A stretch of 64,000 nucleotides of DNA. It comes from Acidobacteriota bacterium. Lineage in GTDB: Bacteria > Acidobacteriota > UBA6911 > RPQK01 > G965248645. Each line of letters opens with the position of its first letter. The stretch's first letter is position 1. The position numbers and the translations under genes are program-made. Below, one piece after another: positions 26,709 through 36,493 of the stretch. The stretch covers positions 2,885,428 to 2,949,427 of the forward strand of contig OZ252113.1 of NCBI GenBank assembly GCA_965248645.1. The letters are read 5' to 3'. The notes under the pieces are model-generated. The model was not told the DNA's origin, did no database searches, and saw only the letters and a program-made list of their open reading frames with translations.

Positions 26709-28442
26709 TCATTTGTGGTTGGAGAGAAAGTCGTGGTCGAGAAGATACTTGATGACTTGGTTGGCGTTTTGCTCGGGAGTGCGATCGACCGTTTCCAACC
26801 GGATCTCAGGATGCTCAGGGACTTCATAAGGATCATCTACTCCGGTGAACCCTCTCATTTCACCGCGGCGGGCTCGCCCGTACATGCCCTTGGTATCCCG
26901 CTGCTCACACACGTCAAGTGGTGTATCCACGAACACCTCCACGAAACCGTCTCCAATATTATTCCTCACACGGTTCCTGGTTACACGATACGGGCTGACG
27001 GCTGCGCAAATCACCATGCCGCGGTGGTGCACGATCTCCGCGGCCACAAAACCAATACGGAGAATGTTAGTATCGCGGTCTTTCTTATTGAAACTCAAAC
27101 CCTTGGACAGATGAGTACGCACTACGTCTCCGTCCAGGACCGTCACCTGCCGGCCATACTCCAGCAGCAAAACAGTGAGTACTTCCGCCGTGGTCGACTT
27201 GCCCGCTCCACTTAAGCCGGTGAACCAAAGACAGACCCCTTGCTGGTGACGTGCTGGAAACGCCTCGGTCAAGATTTTAGTCACCTCAGGACGGGTAAAC
27301 CACCCTGGCAATTCCTTGCCTGTCTTGAGATACTCCTCTCGTACTTGGGTGCCGGAAATATTCATGATCTTGGTCCTGGGTCCAATTTTCGAGCGTTCTT
27401 CGTAGCGATCTTCGTCGGGCAGATAAACAAACTCCTGAAACGGGACAATCTTAACACCCAGTTCGTTTGAAAACCTTTTGACAAGCTCTTGCGCCTCGTA
27501 GGGAGCATAGAAAGCCTTGCCCTCAGAATCCTTGCCTGGGCTAGCATGGTCTCGTCCCACAATCAGATGATTGGCGCCATAGTTACGACGGATAACCGCA
27601 TGCCAGAGTGCCTCCCGAGGACCCGCAAAACGCATAGCCAGCGGCACCAAGGAAAGAAGGACACGGTGATTATTATAATGGTTATCCACCAAGGCCCTGT
27701 AGCTTCGAACTCGAGTGTAGTGATCCATATCACCTGGTTTAGTCATACCCACTACGGGGTGGAGCAACAGAGTAGCACTCAACTCCTCAATGGCCCGCTT
27801 AGTCAACTCCTCGTGGACCCGGTGGAGCGGATTCCGCGTCTGAAAGGCTACCACGTTCAGACAATTAAATTCCTTCAGACGCTGGCGAGTTTCACTGGGA
27901 GTCAAACGCAAGTCCCGAAAGTCGTAGTGCTTGGGAAGCTCCACAATTTCAAGTCGCCCAGAAAGATTGTATTGGCCCCAGCTGTGCATTTCCGAAACCA
28001 ATGGGTGCCAGAGATTCTGGGTACCGAAAACTTTCTCGGCAACTTCCGTCAGATCCCACTGGAAGATCTCTTCAACGGTCATTATTCCCAAGAGTTCGTT
28101 CCTAGAGTTGCACAAGGCAATTTCCTGGTCGAGGTGGATCGCGGAGCTATCCTCCACCGGCAAAGTGATCGGAATAGGAAAGATATGACCCGAAGCAAGC
28201 TGCATCTCGTAGAGAACACGGCTGTAATCCTCCCGCCCCATAAAGCGATCCAGAGGGGAAAAGGCACCTATGGCCAGAAGCTCCAGATCACAAGTCGAGC
28301 GCTCGGATAATTGAATCGAAGGGAGATTGACCGCTCGGTACCTCAATTCTGACTGTGAATCCCGAGCTACCAAAAGATTGGTGAGCTGTCTCCCATAAGG
28401 CAAAATCAGATTTTTTTGGCTATCCATAGAACTCACCCTCAC
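26709..28442 (-). CDS. Bifunctional sulfate adenylyltransferase / adenylyl-sulfate kinase (PAPS synthesis)
   Basis: 577 aa. The ATP-sulfurylase core has QTRNPLHRVHEEL and GANHLIVGRDHA. The C-terminal APS kinase has WFTGLSGAGKSTTAEVL. Confidence 0.9.
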   Translation of the reverse strand: MRVSSMDSQKNLILPYGRQLTNLLVARDSQSELRYRAVNLPSIQLSERSTCDLELLAIGAFSPLDRFMGREDYSRVLYEMQLASGHIFPIPITLPVEDSSAIHLDQEIALCNSRNELLGIMTVEEIFQWDLTEVAEKVFGTQNLWHPLVSEMHSWGQYNLSGRLEIVELPKHYDFRDLRLTPSETRQRLKEFNCLNVVAFQTRNPLHRVHEELTKRAIEELSATLLLHPVVGMTKPGDMDHYTRVRSYRALVDNHYNNHRVLLSLVPLAMRFAGPREALWHAVIRRNYGANHLIVGRDHASPGKDSEGKAFYAPYEAQELVKRFSNELGVKIVPFQEFVYLPDEDRYEERSKIGPRTKIMNISGTQVREEYLKTGKELPGWFTRPEVTKILTEAFPARHQQGVCLWFTGLSGAGKSTTAEVLTVLLLEYGRQVTVLDGDVVRTHLSKGLSFNKKDRDTNILRIGFVAAEIVHHRGMVICAAVSPYRVTRNRVRNNIGDGFVEVFVDTPLDVCEQRDTKGMYGRARRGEMRGFTGVDDPYEVPEHPEIRLETVDRTPEQNANQVIKYLLDHDFLSNHK

Positions 28443-28757
28443 ATGCCACTACACGCTTCGCGCCTGCCACTTACAGGCACAGGTGACCTAACCCTCTCTT
28501 TCTTTAGAGACCGCCCTTTCAAATATAAACAATTTGAGCCACATCTTCCATATCTTCATACTGGGCTTCAACCCATATTTGTCTCACCGAAGAAGAGCGA
28601 GTTTGACAAGGAGTTGCGACCGAGACTCCAGGATATGCGGCGGGTAGAACCACGTGGTAGGACGCCAACCGAGCACAACACAGTCAAAGTAAATGACTAG
28701 CGCGATGCAGGAAGGATAGTGTGAGAAATACGGGTTCAAACCCGTTTTCGTGGTAGC

Positions 28758-29269
28758 ATGACATCCATGGATCAGGAGCAGTTGGGATGGTACGCCATTT
28801 ACACCCGCTCGCGTCACGAAAAGGTCGTGGCCGAAGAGCTGTGGCAGAGACAAATCGAGTCGTTTCTACCCTTGCAGGAAATCCTCTCCAAATGGAAAGA
28901 TCGGCGTAAAAGATACAGTTTCCACTCTTTCCAGGGTACCTCTTCGTGCATGTCCTCCTCAAAGAGCGGAAGCTGGACATTCTGAAGGTTCCCTCCGTGG
29001 TTAGTATCATCGGGTTCAATGGGGTGCCCGAACCTATTCCAGATGAGCAAATCCAAGCCGTGAAGACCCTGGTCTTCACGGCAATGGAATACGACCCCTA
29101 CCCTTACCTCACTAAAGGTGACCGGGTGGAAATCATTCGAGGACCGCTATGTGGTCTGACAGGATTTCTGATGGAGAAAAAGAACCGCTACAAGTTCATC
29201 GTCTCGGTGAATCTCATTCAGCAGTCAGTGGCCTGTGAGATCGATGCGGGAGATGTGGAAAAGATCTGA
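28758..29269 (+). pseudogene. NusG-family paralog (specialised antiterminator type: NGN + KOW), one frameshift
   Basis: The NGN part reads WYAIYTRSRHEKVVAEELWQRQIESFLPL...WKDRRK. The expected continuation KIQFPLFPGYLFVHV...KOW (GDRVEIIRGPLCGLTGFL) is in another frame (track ORF 28946-29269). The frames meet at cgtAAAAgata. Confidence 0.7.
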
Positions 29270-29290
29270 AGCTCGCACCTATTTTACTAA

Positions 29291-31987
29291 TTAAGAGCCA
29301 CAGCATTTTTTGTATTTTTTCCCGGAGTTGCAGGGACAAGGAGCATTGCGACCCACTTTAGGTATCCTTCGGACAACGGTCTGTGCCGCGGCCGCGCTTC
29401 CGTGGTCCACCCCTCCTCCTTGCAGCGGCTGCCGCCAATCGGGTTGAGCCTCGGATCCGGATAGTCGGTGCTGGCTGACCCTCTGTGCCCGCGCTCCCAA
29501 CAGCTTCCTCTCTTCCTCTTCGGTTATGGGACGCAGTAGATAGAGCATGCGTACGATCTCTTCCGTGGCCCGATTCCAGAGATCTTCGAACAGGTCAAAG
29601 GACTCACGCTTGTACTCGACCTTCGGGTCCCGCTGGCCGTAACCCCGCAGGCCAATACCCTCCTTGAGGTGATCAAGCGCCAGCAGGTGATCCTTCCACT
29701 GCTGGTCGATGATTTGCAGCATGATCATCTGCTCGTGCCAGCGCATCATCTCCACCCCCACCTGCTTTTCCTTTTCCTCGTATTTCGACCGAATCTCTTT
29801 GATTAACCTCTCTTCCATCTCCGGCCTGGATAGTTCGGATAATCTGGTGCCACTTATGACTCCGAAAATGCGGCCTATGTTCACCTTCAGATTTTCTAAA
29901 TCCCAATCCTCCGGGTCGGCTTCTCGGTTAACATAGACGTCCAAAAACTCGACTAGGATATCTTCAGCCAGATTCAGCACATACTCCCTCTGTTCCTTTC
30001 CTTCTAGCAGTTCCCGACGGAAACGATAGATTTCTTCTCGCTGCTTATTCATTACATCGTCGTATTCGAGCAAATGCTTGCGGATTTCGAAGTTGTGGCC
30101 CTCAACCCGTTTTTGGGCTCGCTCGATCTGCTTGCTGATCAGTTTGGACTCGATAGGAACTCCCTCCTCCATCCCCAACCTTTGCATAAGACCCGAGATG
30201 TTTTCCGAGCCAAAAATTCGCATTAAATCGTCTTCTAGGGATAAATAGAAGCGGCTCGAACCCGGATCTCCCTGGCGTCCAGCCCTCCCCCTTAGCTGGT
30301 TGTCGACGCGCCTCGCCTCGTGTCGCTCGGTCCCAATGATGTGAAGACCATTGACCGCTATGACCTCTTGATGCTCTTTTTCCCAATCGGGCAGTAGGTG
30401 CTCCAGCTCTCTCTTGTACTCCTGCTGGTTCTCCTCAATGTCGAGTCTCTGGTTGCGCAACTTCAGACGGGCTTGAAATTCCGGATTGCCACCCAAAATA
30501 ATATCGGTGCCCCGTCCGGCCATGTTGGTGGCAATCGTAACCGCCCTCTTCTTGCCCGCTTGAGCCACGATCTCCGCTTCCTTCTGATGATACTTGGCGT
30601 TCAAAACCACATGTTTGATTCCCCGGCGCTTGAGCAGAGTACTTAATCGCTCAGACTTCTCGATTGAAGTCGTGCCCACCAAAACTGGGCAGCCGGTCTG
30701 ATTAAGCTCCTTAATCTCTTCAGCTACAGCATTGAACTTCTCGCGCTCGGTCCGATAGACCACATCCTGATGCTCGTGGCGAATCAGTATCTGGTTGGTG
30801 GGAATCACCATCACCTCTAGCTTGTAGATCTTTTCGAACTCGGTGGCCTCCGTCTCGGCAGTACCGGTCATGCCAGCTAACTTGTCGTACATGCGAAAGT
30901 AGTTCTGAAAAGTGATGGTGGCCAGGGTCTGATTTTCACGCTCGATGCGTACCCCTTCTTTCGCCTCCAGGGCCTGATGCAACCCATCGGAATAGCGGCG
31001 ACCGGGCATCAGGCGCCCAGTAAACTCGTCGACGATAATCACCTGCCCATCCTTGACCATATAGTCCACATCACGTTTAAACAGGGTATGGGCCTTCAAG
31101 GCCTGATTAATGTGATGCACAAGATCCATGTGAGAGGGATCGTAGAGGTTGTCTACCTCCAAGGCCTGCTCAGCCTTTTCAATACCTGACTCCTGGAGCA
31201 CCACCGTACGTGCCTTCTCATCGATATTGTAGTCCTGATCTCGCACCAGCCGAGGAATCAATTTGTTGATCCTGTAATACTTATCCGTCGACTCCTCGGA
31301 AGGGCCGCTGATAATCAAGGGTGTGCGGGCTTCATCAATAAGAATCGAGTCGACTTCGTCCACAATCGCATAGCTGTGGCCCCGCTGGGCACAATCCTGG
31401 ATGGCGTACTTCATGTTGTCGCGCAGGCAGTCGAAACCGAACTCGTTGTTAGTTCCATAGGTCAGATCCGCCCGATAGGCCGCTTTTCGCTCGTCATCGG
31501 ACATGTCATGTTGCATAAACCCGACTGTCAAATCCAGGAAACGATAGAGGGGCCCCATCCACTCGGCATCGCGGCGAGCCAGATAGTCATTGACGGTAAC
31601 AATGTGAACACCCTTGCCGGCCAATGCATTTAGATAAACCGGGAGGGTGGCCACCAGGGTCTTTCCTTCACCGGTTTTCATTTCAGCGATCCTTCCCTGA
31701 TGCAGTACTATTCCCCCAATGAGCTGGACGTCGTAGTGGCGCATGCCCACCGCCGTACGTTTTCCTGCCTCACGAACAACCGCAAAAGCCTCTGGAAGAA
31801 TGTCGTCCAGGTTCTCTCCCTGCTCAAGACGGGATTTGAATTCAGCAGTTTTTGCTTTAAGCTCACCATCGCTGAACGCGGAGATCTCTTTTCCCAGGAG
31901 GTTAATTTGCCCAATTATCGGTTGAATTCGCTTTAATTCTCGCTCATTCTGGGATCCAATGATCTTGGCCAGGATGGTATTGATCAT
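29291..31987 (-). CDS. secA: Preprotein translocase ATPase SecA
   Basis: 898 aa: [20 protein letters not shown]..., [15 protein letters not shown]-terminal zinc motif [14 protein letters not shown]. Confidence 0.98.
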   Translation of the reverse strand: MINTILAKIIGSQNERELKRIQPIIGQINLLGKEISAFSDGELKAKTAEFKSRLEQGENLDDILPEAFAVVREAGKRTAVGMRHYDVQLIGGIVLHQGRIAEMKTGEGKTLVATLPVYLNALAGKGVHIVTVNDYLARRDAEWMGPLYRFLDLTVGFMQHDMSDDERKAAYRADLTYGTNNEFGFDCLRDNMKYAIQDCAQRGHSYAIVDEVDSILIDEARTPLIISGPSEESTDKYYRINKLIPRLVRDQDYNIDEKARTVVLQESGIEKAEQALEVDNLYDPSHMDLVHHINQALKAHTLFKRDVDYMVKDGQVIIVDEFTGRLMPGRRYSDGLHQALEAKEGVRIERENQTLATITFQNYFRMYDKLAGMTGTAETEATEFEKIYKLEVMVIPTNQILIRHEHQDVVYRTEREKFNAVAEEIKELNQTGCPVLVGTTSIEKSERLSTLLKRRGIKHVVLNAKYHQKEAEIVAQAGKKRAVTIATNMAGRGTDIILGGNPEFQARLKLRNQRLDIEENQQEYKRELEHLLPDWEKEHQEVIAVNGLHIIGTERHEARRVDNQLRGRAGRQGDPGSSRFYLSLEDDLMRIFGSENISGLMQRLGMEEGVPIESKLISKQIERAQKRVEGHNFEIRKHLLEYDDVMNKQREEIYRFRRELLEGKEQREYVLNLAEDILVEFLDVYVNREADPEDWDLENLKVNIGRIFGVISGTRLSELSRPEMEERLIKEIRSKYEEKEKQVGVEMMRWHEQMIMLQIIDQQWKDHLLALDHLKEGIGLRGYGQRDPKVEYKRESFDLFEDLWNRATEEIVRMLYLLRPITEEEERKLLGARAQRVSQHRLSGSEAQPDWRQPLQGGGVDHGSAAAAQTVVRRIPKVGRNAPCPCNSGKKYKKCCGS

Positions 31988-32086
31988 GGCAGTTTTATTT
32001 TACACGAACTGAGTTCGGGCCACGAATTTTGCCTATCGGTCCCGAGTTGATGGAAATCAATCCGCTGCCTCGTTTATAATCTGCAC

Positions 32087-33538
32087 ATGGAGATCACCGA
32101 AGCACTGACGTTTGATGACATCCTCCTGATGCCGTCCAAAAGCGACGTGCTGCCTGGGGAGACCGACCTCCGAAGTGTCTTCTGCAAAAACCTGGCTCTG
32201 AACATCCCTATGGCCTCGGCAGCCATGGATACCGTCACCGAGGCTCGACTGGCCATCGCCCTGGCCCGCCAGGGCGGACTCGGAGTTATCCATCGGAATC
32301 TTTCCATCAGTGATCAGTCGGGGGAGGTGGATAAGGTCAAGCGCTCCGAATCGGGAATGATCGTCGATCCGATTACCGTGCGCCCGAATGACCACATTCG
32401 GGACGTGCTGGAAATCATGGACAAATACAATATCTCGGGTGTCCCGATTACCGACCCAAAGGGAAAACTCCTAGGAATCCTCACCAACCGCGATTTACGT
32501 TTTGGGACCAATCTGGACCTGGCTGCGGCCGACTTGATGACACGGGAACACCTGGTCACCGTGCGAGAAGGGATTTCCATGGAAGAGGCCAAGAAGAAAC
32601 TCCATGCGCATCGCATCGAGAAACTGCTAGTGGTCGATGATCACAACCAGCTAAAGGGCCTGATTACGGTCAAGGATATCATGAAGGTTATCACCTATCC
32701 CCAGGCGGCCAAGGACTCCCTTGGTCGCTTGCGAGTGGGAGCAGCAGTGGGAGCAACCGGCGACTTCCTCGAGCGAGCCCAGGAACTGGAAAAGGCCGGT
32801 GTCGATGTCGTCATGGTAGACACCGCCCACGGCTATACCCAACGCGTACTGACCGCCATTCGGCAGCTGAAACCTGCCTTGAAAAGAGCTCAGTTAGTGG
32901 CTGGAAACATCGCCAGCGGCGAGGCTGCCCAAGCCTTACACGACGCCGGTGCCGATGCGGTCAAGGTGGGCATGGGACCCGGAAGCATCTGTACAACCCG
33001 GATTGTGACAGGCGCTGGCGTTCCCCAGGTCACCGCCATCCTGGACACTGTAGACGTATCGCGCAAGTTGGAGCTGCCTGTCATCGCCGACGGCGGGATC
33101 AAGTATTCGGGAGACATCACCAAAGCTATTGCTGCCGGCGCAGATTGTGTCATGATCGGCAATCTCTTTGCCGGCACGGAAGAGTCCCCCGGCGAGCTAG
33201 TTTTCTACCAAAATCGCAGCTACAAGACTTATCGAGGAATGGGTTCCCTGGGCGCCATGGGATCGAGCAGCGGTGACCGTTATGGCCAGGAAGAAAAACA
33301 GGGTAAGTTTGTTCCCGAGGGGATTGAAGGACGGGTACCCTACAAGGGAAGTATGGAAAGCTTGGTTCCCATCCTGGCAGGCGGCATTCGCTCAGGCATG
33401 GGGTATTGCGGAGTCAAGACCATCCGGGACCTTCAGACCAAGACTCGATTGATTCGAATCACCAACCTCGGCCTACGCGAATCACATGTCCACGATGTCG
33501 TGGTCACCAAGGAGGCACCCAACTACCGGGTCGAGTAG
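32087..33538 (+). CDS. guaB: IMP dehydrogenase
   Basis: 483 aa: [14 protein letters not shown] pair, [28 protein letters not shown]. Confidence 0.97.
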   Translation: MEITEALTFDDILLMPSKSDVLPGETDLRSVFCKNLALNIPMASAAMDTVTEARLAIALARQGGLGVIHRNLSISDQSGEVDKVKRSESGMIVDPITVRPNDHIRDVLEIMDKYNISGVPITDPKGKLLGILTNRDLRFGTNLDLAAADLMTREHLVTVREGISMEEAKKKLHAHRIEKLLVVDDHNQLKGLITVKDIMKVITYPQAAKDSLGRLRVGAAVGATGDFLERAQELEKAGVDVVMVDTAHGYTQRVLTAIRQLKPALKRAQLVAGNIASGEAAQALHDAGADAVKVGMGPGSICTTRIVTGAGVPQVTAILDTVDVSRKLELPVIADGGIKYSGDITKAIAAGADCVMIGNLFAGTEESPGELVFYQNRSYKTYRGMGSLGAMGSSSGDRYGQEEKQGKFVPEGIEGRVPYKGSMESLVPILAGGIRSGMGYCGVKTIRDLQTKTRLIRITNLGLRESHVHDVVVTKEAPNYRVE

Positions 33539-33546
33539 GGGAAAGC

Positions 33547-34104
33547 ATGTTTCGTCTGACAACGATAATCTATGGGATCTCTGCGTCCCTCCTCTCCTCC
33601 CTTGCCGGGTCAAAAGACGGGGCTACCTACGTCAACCACGTACTGATCCAATTAAAACAGCCCAAGCAGGGCCTGGAGCAAACTTTTGTGTTGACCGAGG
33701 AAGAGCTCAATGATTTCACTCGGGCCGCCATCCAGAGCAAGAAGAGACTCGGCATTGAGAAGCTTGAGTTCAATCTCCAGACCGGAGGCTTTCACAGCAC
33801 TGCCCTGATCAACATGGAGGAGGTGGATCTAGGCGCAGTGGCCCAAATCTTCAAGCCACTGCTCAGGGGAACCCACAGGCTGGAGCTAACGGGAAACTTT
33901 GTTTCCAACGAATGCAAGGGAGTTTATCAGGTCGAAGATGCCCGCTTCAATGACCTCCCTGTCCCCGCCTGGTTTGCCAACGCTGTACTCTCATTCCTAG
34001 GGAAACAGCAGCCTCCTCACATCGATGTCACCGAGCCTTTCGATCTCCCCTACGGCATACAGGACATCCGTATCCTGAAAGACAAAGTCATCGTCACTAG
34101 ATAA
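33547..34104 (+). CDS. Hypothetical exported or membrane-anchored protein
   Basis: The internal ATG (MFRLTTIIYGISASLLSSLAG, hydrophobic N-terminus) sits 9 nt after the guaB stop. The longer track ORF overlaps guaB. No recognisable family. Confidence 0.55.
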   Translation: MFRLTTIIYGISASLLSSLAGSKDGATYVNHVLIQLKQPKQGLEQTFVLTEEELNDFTRAAIQSKKRLGIEKLEFNLQTGGFHSTALINMEEVDLGAVAQIFKPLLRGTHRLELTGNFVSNECKGVYQVEDARFNDLPVPAWFANAVLSFLGKQQPPHIDVTEPFDLPYGIQDIRILKDKVIVTR

Positions 34105-34131
34105 TCCATGTCAATCGGCCACGGACACGAA

Positions 34132-35176
34132 TTAAACGAGGACCGGATTAGCCATTGTTCGGCCGACCGCTTTCGCGATAATCCGCGACTCATCCATTAG
34201 AGTTTCGAATTGCTCCAGGCGTAGCGATTGGGCTCCGTCACAGATGGTGTTGTCGGGGTCGTGGTGGACCTCAGCCAGCAGTCCATCTGCTCCCGCCGCC
34301 ACCGTAGGGGTGGCACCTTGTCTCGGATACCTATGGCATGGCTTGGATCCACGATGATGGGTAGGTGGCTGAGTTTGTGAACCACGGGAATCGCCGAAAT
34401 ATCCAGGGTGTTGCGGGTGTAAGTCTCAAAGGTTCGAATGCCCCGCTCACACAGAATTACCTGGTGATTCCCCTCGGACATAATATACTCGGCAGCCAAC
34501 AGAAGATCAGAGATGGTGGCACTCATCCCCCGCTTCAACAGAACCGGCTTTTGAGTACGACCCACCTGGCCGGAGCAGGGAATAGTTTTGCATGTTTCGG
34601 GCGCCTATCTGGGTAACGTCGATGTACTCCTCAGCCAGAGATAGCTGGGCAGATTCCATGATCTCGGAATATCACCATCAAGCCGTGCCGGTCGGCGACC
34701 CTGCGAATCGCCTTGAGCCCCTAAACCCCATGCCCTTGAAAAGAATAGGGAGCAGTTCTGGGCTTGAAGGCTCCTCCCCGTATAAACCGACCTCCCGCGG
34801 CCTTGACCCGATTGGCAACCAGGTCACAGTTTTCAAAGTTCTCAATTGTGCAAGGGCCGGCCATGACCACAACCTCGTGCCCTCCAATCTCAACTTCCGC
34901 AGGAGGATTTGCCCCCGATCCTTTGACCCGGATTACACTCCCCTCAGGACGAAAAGCTCGAGAGGCCAGCTTATAAGGCTGGGTGATCCGATGGACCTCA
35001 TGAACACCGTCTAACAAGGTGTAGTCACGTGAATCGACCACATTGGCTCCCACAGCCCCCAGAATCGTGCACTCGACACCAGTGGAGCGATGGACGTCAA
35101 AACCTTGGGAAACCAGTTTCTTGACCACGGCCTCCACTTGCTGGTCGTTGGCATTGTGTTCCATGACAATGACCAT
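34132..35176 (-). pseudogene. aroF: Type I-beta DAHP synthase with N-terminal ferredoxin-like regulatory domain, inactivated (1 TAG + 3 frameshifts)
   Basis: The pieces, read across frames, are as follows. (1) MVIVMEHNANDQQ...AFKPRTAPYSFQGHGV followed by a TAG stop. (2) GLKAIRRVADRHGLMVI, then a frameshift. (3) [33 protein letters not shown], then a frameshift. (4) [15 protein letters not shown]...[15 protein letters not shown], then a frameshift. (5) [31 protein letters not shown]...PVLV followed by the stop. Confidence 0.8.
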
Positions 35177-35178
35177 AT

Positions 35179-35502
35179 CTAGCTCCTCTTATTGGCCTCA
35201 TTCGAGCGATGCTCCCGTTCGGCCCGCCTCGATTCATCGATGATGCGCTCAAAAAGGCGGCACATGGCCTCTTTGGTCAGTGGCCCATCGGTGACCGATA
35301 AGATTTTGCCAATCACCTCCTCTTCACGGTTCGGGTCATACACTCCAATGCCTAATTCCTCTTTGATATTCCCGATCTTAATAGCGCAGTGGCTGCGCCG
35401 GTTCAGTAACTTGACCAACTCCAGATCAATCTCATCGATCTGCTTGCGCCAGCCGTCTACATCCATAACCATGTTTGGGGGTAGAAACCGGATAACACTC
35501 AC
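35179..35502 (-). CDS. Chorismate mutase (AroQ class)
   Basis: WRKQIDEIDLELVKLLNRRSHCAIKIGNIKEELGIGVYDPNREEEVI...LFERIIDESR. The start may be the internal MVMDVD. The TAG stop lies 2 nt before the DAHP synthase ATG. Confidence 0.85.
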   Translation of the reverse strand: MSVIRFLPPNMVMDVDGWRKQIDEIDLELVKLLNRRSHCAIKIGNIKEELGIGVYDPNREEEVIGKILSVTDGPLTKEAMCRLFERIIDESRRAEREHRSNEANKRS

Positions 35503-35547
35503 CCCTTAGACCAAGATCAGATTGACCGCTGTCTACAAAGCACTAAC

Positions 35548-35585
35548 AAAAAAGGCCGTGAGCAGCTTTCCGGCTACCCACGGCC
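35548..35585 (-). terminator. Rho-independent terminator downstream of trpA
   Basis: Minus strand reads GGCCGTGGGTAGC-CGGAAA-GCTGCTCACGGCC followed by TTTTTTG (13-bp stem including G-U pairs, then a U tract). Confidence 0.6.
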
Positions 35586-35691
35586 TCGCGATCTTGCCGG
35601 CAATCTCGGCCTACACCGGTTAACAGCTACCTTTCACCTGCCACCAGTAAAGAAAATAAAAATCAGAAAACACCACCACCAATACACCAGG

Positions 35692-36492
35692 CTATCTCAA
35701 ATAAACGCCCGGGATCAAGCACTTTTTAACATACTCACGCACCTTTTTAGGCAAGTCGCCATCCGACCAATTGTCTTCAATGAAACCCACAATCGCTGAA
35801 CCCACTACTGCTCCTTCTGCGTACTGCCAGACCTTCGCAACATCTTCGGCAGAGGTGATCCCGAATCCCACCGCAATCGGTAACTGCGTTAAACGCCGAA
35901 TGCGAGTCACCGTCGGAGGCACCAGTGTTTCTACATCAGACCGTTTTCCGGTCACTCCGGTGCGGGCCACCAGGTAAACGAATCCTCGACTGGCCCCACA
36001 GATTCGCTTTAACCGGGCGTCCGAAGAAGTGGGTGCGGCCAAAAATACTGTATCCAGCTCTTTCAAAAAGGTACGGCGACCGATCTTCACACGTTCGTAT
36101 TCCTCAGGCGTCAGGTCTGAGATCAGAATTCCATCCAACCCAGCCCGGATGGCCTCCGATTCGACACGCTCCAGACCATATTTCCAGACCGGATTCAGGT
36201 AAGTCATAAAAATTAGCCCAACTTCTGTCTTCTGGCGCACCCGGCGCACGAGCTCGATGTAGTCCCCAAAGGCATAGTCGTGCCGAAGAGCTCGGAAAGA
36301 CGACTGCTGAATAATGGGCCCGTCCGCAATCGGGTCCGAGAAGGGAATTCCAATCTCGATGATATGAGATCCAACCTCGGCGAGCTCGATCAAGATCTTC
36401 TCCGTCACTTCCAGATCGGGGTGACCAGCGGTCACAAAGGGGATGAAGCATTTCCTGTTTCTTGCAAAAATAGCCGAGAGCCGGGAAGCCAT
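35692..36492 (-). CDS. trpA: Tryptophan synthase alpha chain
   Basis: FIPFVTAGHPD, IEIGIPFSDPIADGPIIQ, GFVYLVARTGVTG. Confidence 0.95.
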   Translation of the reverse strand: MASRLSAIFARNRKCFIPFVTAGHPDLEVTEKILIELAEVGSHIIEIGIPFSDPIADGPIIQQSSFRALRHDYAFGDYIELVRRVRQKTEVGLIFMTYLNPVWKYGLERVESEAIRAGLDGILISDLTPEEYERVKIGRRTFLKELDTVFLAAPTSSDARLKRICGASRGFVYLVARTGVTGKRSDVETLVPPTVTRIRRLTQLPIAVGFGITSAEDVAKVWQYAEGAVVGSAIVGFIEDNWSDGDLPKKVREYVKKCLIPGVYLR

Positions 36493-36493
36493 G

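Noticed and set aside
28730-28748. T-arm-like hairpin ACGGG-TTCAAA-CCCGT as part of a tRNA
   Set aside because: It has a six-nucleotide loop and no acceptor, D or anticodon arms around it. It is better read as a leader hairpin with a U tract.
33406-33546. Upstream extension of the hypothetical protein ORF (track start 33406)
   Set aside because: It overlaps the last 130 nt of guaB in another frame. An ATG with a hydrophobic N-terminus follows 9 nt after the guaB stop.
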